64,000 bases of DNA. Source: an uncultured Alteromonadales bacterium. GTDB taxonomy: Bacteria; Pseudomonadota; Gammaproteobacteria; Pseudomonadales; Cellvibrionaceae. The position numbers and the translations under genes are program-made. The notes beneath the pieces were generated by a model that was not told the DNA's origin, made no database searches, and worked only from the letters and a program-made list of their open reading frames with translations. The DNA is taken from positions 12,147 through 76,146 of the forward strand of contig CALMJT010000190.1 of assembly GCA_937864365.1 (NCBI GenBank). Direction: 5' to 3'. This document shows, one piece after another, positions 61,697-64,000 of this stretch. Within the stretch, counting starts at the first letter, position 1. Every line of letters begins with the position of its first letter.

Positions 61697-61725
61697 TAGG
61701 GAAGCTTGATAGCTTCCCTATTTTT
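61697..61725 (+). terminator. Rho-independent terminator between secA and argJ
   Basis: TAGGGAAGCT-TGAT-AGCTTCCCTA followed by TTTTT. Confidence 0.8.
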
Positions 61726-61780
61726 GTTTGTGACCATCGAAATTATTCAGCCGAAGCGTTAGATAAATAGGTAAGAAATT

Positions 61781-63013
61781 ATGGCCGTTGATGGATTCGA
61801 ATTTCCTGAAATGCATACCGTTGCAGGTTTTAAAATGGGTTGTGCTTTTGCCGATGTGAAGGGGCGCAAACCTGCTGTAATTGAAAAGGACGACTTAGTC
61901 TTAATGACTTTCCCAGAGGAGTCCACGGTAGCAGGCGTTTTTACCAAAAACGCATTTTGTGCTGCACCAGTGATTGTTTGTAAAGAAAATTTGAGCGAAA
62001 ACATACGGGCTCTAGTCATTAATTCTGGTAATGCCAACGCCTGCACTGGCGATAGGGGCTTAACCGACGCCCGAACCATCGATCAAAAGGTGGCAGAAGT
62101 TCTATCGATACAAGAGAAACAAGTTTTACCGTTTTCTACTGGCGTGGTTGGTGAGCATTTGCCAGTCGAGCGAATTACCTCGACTATTCAAGCCGCAGCC
62201 GACGATCTGAAGGAAGCCAATTGGACGCGTGCAGCACGAGGTATTATGACAACCGATACACGTCCAAAAGGTGCGAGTGTCACCATCGACGTAGGCGGTG
62301 AAACCATTACCATTACTGGAATCAGTAAAGGTTCTGGCATGATCAAGCCGAACATGGCAACCATGTTGGCTTATGTTGCGACCGATGCAAAAGTTGAAAA
62401 GCAATTACTTCAACAATTATTGGTAGATGCGGTTGATCAAAGTTTTAACCGCATTACGGTTGATGGTGATACTTCTACCAACGATTCGTGCATATTGGTA
62501 GCGACTTCGCAAAGTCGTGCCTCCGAGATAAAAACAGAAAACTCCGAAGCTTATCTGGCATTTGTTGCGGCATTAAACTCTGTGATGCTGATGTTGGCGC
62601 AGGCGATTGTTGCCGATGGCGAGGGTGCTACCAAGTTGGTTGCGGTAAAGGTAGAGCATGCTGAATCTAATAAAGAAGCTTTACGTGTAGCTTACTCAAT
62701 TGCACATTCACCTCTGGTAAAAACCGCATTATTTGCTAGTGATCCTAACTGGGGCCGTATTGTTGTGGCTATCGGTTACGCAGGTGTTCAGGGTTTGGAC
62801 GTTTCTAAAATTGATGTTCATATTGGCTCTGTCTTGATTGTCGAAGCAGGCCAAAGAGCGCCAAGTTATTCCGAAGCACTGGGTCAAAGTGTATTTTCTC
62901 AAGATCGCATTGATATTACGGTTGATTTAAAGCGTGGTGACAGTAACGAAACGGTGTGGACCTCCGATTTGAGTTACGATTACGTAAAAATTAACGCTGA
63001 ATATCGCTCATAA
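61781..63013 (+). CDS. argJ: Ornithine acetyltransferase / N-acetylglutamate synthase
   Basis: NSGNANA, STGVVG, IMTTDT, KGSGMIKPNMATML, DGEGATK and SDPNWGR motifs. Confidence 0.97.
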   Translation: MAVDGFEFPEMHTVAGFKMGCAFADVKGRKPAVIEKDDLVLMTFPEESTVAGVFTKNAFCAAPVIVCKENLSENIRALVINSGNANACTGDRGLTDARTIDQKVAEVLSIQEKQVLPFSTGVVGEHLPVERITSTIQAAADDLKEANWTRAARGIMTTDTRPKGASVTIDVGGETITITGISKGSGMIKPNMATMLAYVATDAKVEKQLLQQLLVDAVDQSFNRITVDGDTSTNDSCILVATSQSRASEIKTENSEAYLAFVAALNSVMLMLAQAIVADGEGATKLVAVKVEHAESNKEALRVAYSIAHSPLVKTALFASDPNWGRIVVAIGYAGVQGLDVSKIDVHIGSVLIVEAGQRAPSYSEALGQSVFSQDRIDITVDLKRGDSNETVWTSDLSYDYVKINAEYRS

Positions 63014-63030
63014 CTATACCCTCTATTTTT

Positions 63031-63432
63031 ATGAAACGAGTAAACGTAGCCGTTGGTGTTATTACCAACGGTTCTCAAGTCCTAGTTGCAAAGCGTGCAG
63101 ACCATCAGCATCAGGGTGGTTTGTGGGAATTTCCAGGCGGAAAAATCGAAGAGGGTGAATCTACGGAGTCGGCGTTGATCCGCGAGCTTTCTGAAGAACT
63201 TGGTATTGTTCCAACACAATGCCAGCCTTTAATACAGATAAATCATGATTACAGCGACAAATGTGTACATCTTGATGTGTATTGGGTTTTGGCGTTTAGC
63301 GGCATACCTGAAGGCAAAGAAGGTCAGCCGCTTCGTTGGGTGGCAGTCGAAGAATTATCTTCGTTGCAATTTCCAAAAGCTAACGAACCAATCTTAAACG
63401 AGATTTGTAAAAGTCATTCTTTGCTCAAATAA
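63031..63432 (+). CDS. mutT: 8-oxo-dGTP diphosphatase (stand-alone Nudix)
   Basis: WEFPGGK.E.GE....AL.RELSEELG Nudix box; FP.AN motif. Confidence 0.92.
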   Translation: MKRVNVAVGVITNGSQVLVAKRADHQHQGGLWEFPGGKIEEGESTESALIRELSEELGIVPTQCQPLIQINHDYSDKCVHLDVYWVLAFSGIPEGKEGQPLRWVAVEELSSLQFPKANEPILNEICKSHSLLK

Positions 63433-63448
63433 ACCTCTTACGCACAGA

Positions 63449-63682
63449 TCAGTGAATATTTTTACGGTTCGTGAAATCTGCTATCAAATCGTCAGACAGG
63501 AGGTCATCATAAACGGAGCTGCCAGGAATCCGCTGATTTTCTGATGCCCATTCTCCCAAATCAATTAACTTGCACCGCTCACTGCAAAATGGTCTGTGTG
63601 GGAATTTATCACTCCACTCAATTTCTTTTTTACAGGTTGAGCAGGGTAATTTGATAGGTTTTTTGGAATTCTGTTTGGTCAT
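63449..63682 (-). CDS. yacG: DNA gyrase inhibitor YacG
   Basis: C..C...RPFCSERCKLIDLGEWASE zinc finger. Confidence 0.95.
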   Translation of the reverse strand: MTKQNSKKPIKLPCSTCKKEIEWSDKFPHRPFCSERCKLIDLGEWASENQRIPGSSVYDDLLSDDLIADFTNRKNIH

Positions 63683-63744
63683 GATGAGTCTTTAAAAAAC
63701 GTAGGTTCGTTGATGGTGTGGGCAGCATTAACACTGATAAAAAT

Positions 63745-64000
63745 TTATTCGCTCAGCTTAAGATAGCGTTGATGCAAATCATCAACTTGATGGTACAGAT
63801 AATCTAATTCTTGATCATTTGTAATAACATCGTCGGCAATGCTCAGTCGTTGTGCTCTGCTTGCTTGGTTCGCCAATATAGATCTGGTTAAGGCTAAGCT
63901 TATGTTATCGCGAGATTGAGTTCTTTCAAGTTGAACCTCTTCGGGTACATCAATAACCAAAACTCGATCAACGATATTGTGTTGTTGCGTTTCAAATAAT
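63745..64000 (-). CDS. coaE: Dephospho-CoA kinase, C-terminal part (runs in from right edge)
   Basis: Manual translation LFETQQHNIVDRVLVIDVPEEVQLERTQSRD...ADDVITND. Confidence 0.9.
   Translation of the reverse strand, partial: LFETQQHNIVDRVLVIDVPEEVQLERTQSRDNISLALTRSILANQASRAQRLSIADDVITNDQELDYLYHQVDDLHQRYLKLSE

Noticed and set aside
63683-63744. zapD absent between coaE and yacG; MutT not fused to a thiamine-phosphate-synthase-like domain
   Set aside because: Both states are common in gammaproteobacteria and carry little information

Overview
A 64-kb core-chromosome segment of a gammaproteobacterium. Gene order and protein similarity are Pseudomonas/Cellvibrionales-like (inference; not a database result). 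In order: mgtE (runs off the left edge), npr-rapZ-ptsN-hpf-rpoN-lptBAC-kdsCD-yrbG (minus strand), an orphan mlaC, ibaG-murA-hisG-hisD, degS, zapG, zapE, rplM-rpsI, petA plus a single-ORF cytochrome b/c1 fusion, sspAB, a Yip1 protein, a thiolase, dolP-diaA-like-yraN-lpoA, rsmI and rnpB. Next is a ~6.7-kb accessory block: a DUF6471 putative regulator divergent from yjfI-pspA-K+ channel-yjfK and yjfL-yjfM-yjfC. The window ends with the full dcw cluster (mraZ to ftsZ), lpxC, an M23 peptidase, secA, argJ, mutT, yacG and the 3' end of coaE. No CRISPR array, tRNA, rRNA, integrase or transposase was recognised. The most notable observations are: (1) the PspA/K+-channel/DUF350/DUF1190-lipoprotein/spermidine-ligase-like module, with a candidate dedicated regulator and a perfect TGTAAA-N6-TTTACA palindrome; (2) one in-frame TAG in the otherwise intact, normally essential lpxC; (3) a cytochrome b-c1 fusion with two extra predicted helices and an internal signal-peptide-like linker; (4) no mlaFED/mlaB around mlaC and no dciA between lpxC and the M23 gene; (5) active-site substitutions in RapZ (Walker A Lys to Ile), FtsI (SxN to SxQ) and the GmhA/DiaA-like protein. 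All family assignments come from motif recognition by eye; no searches were run.
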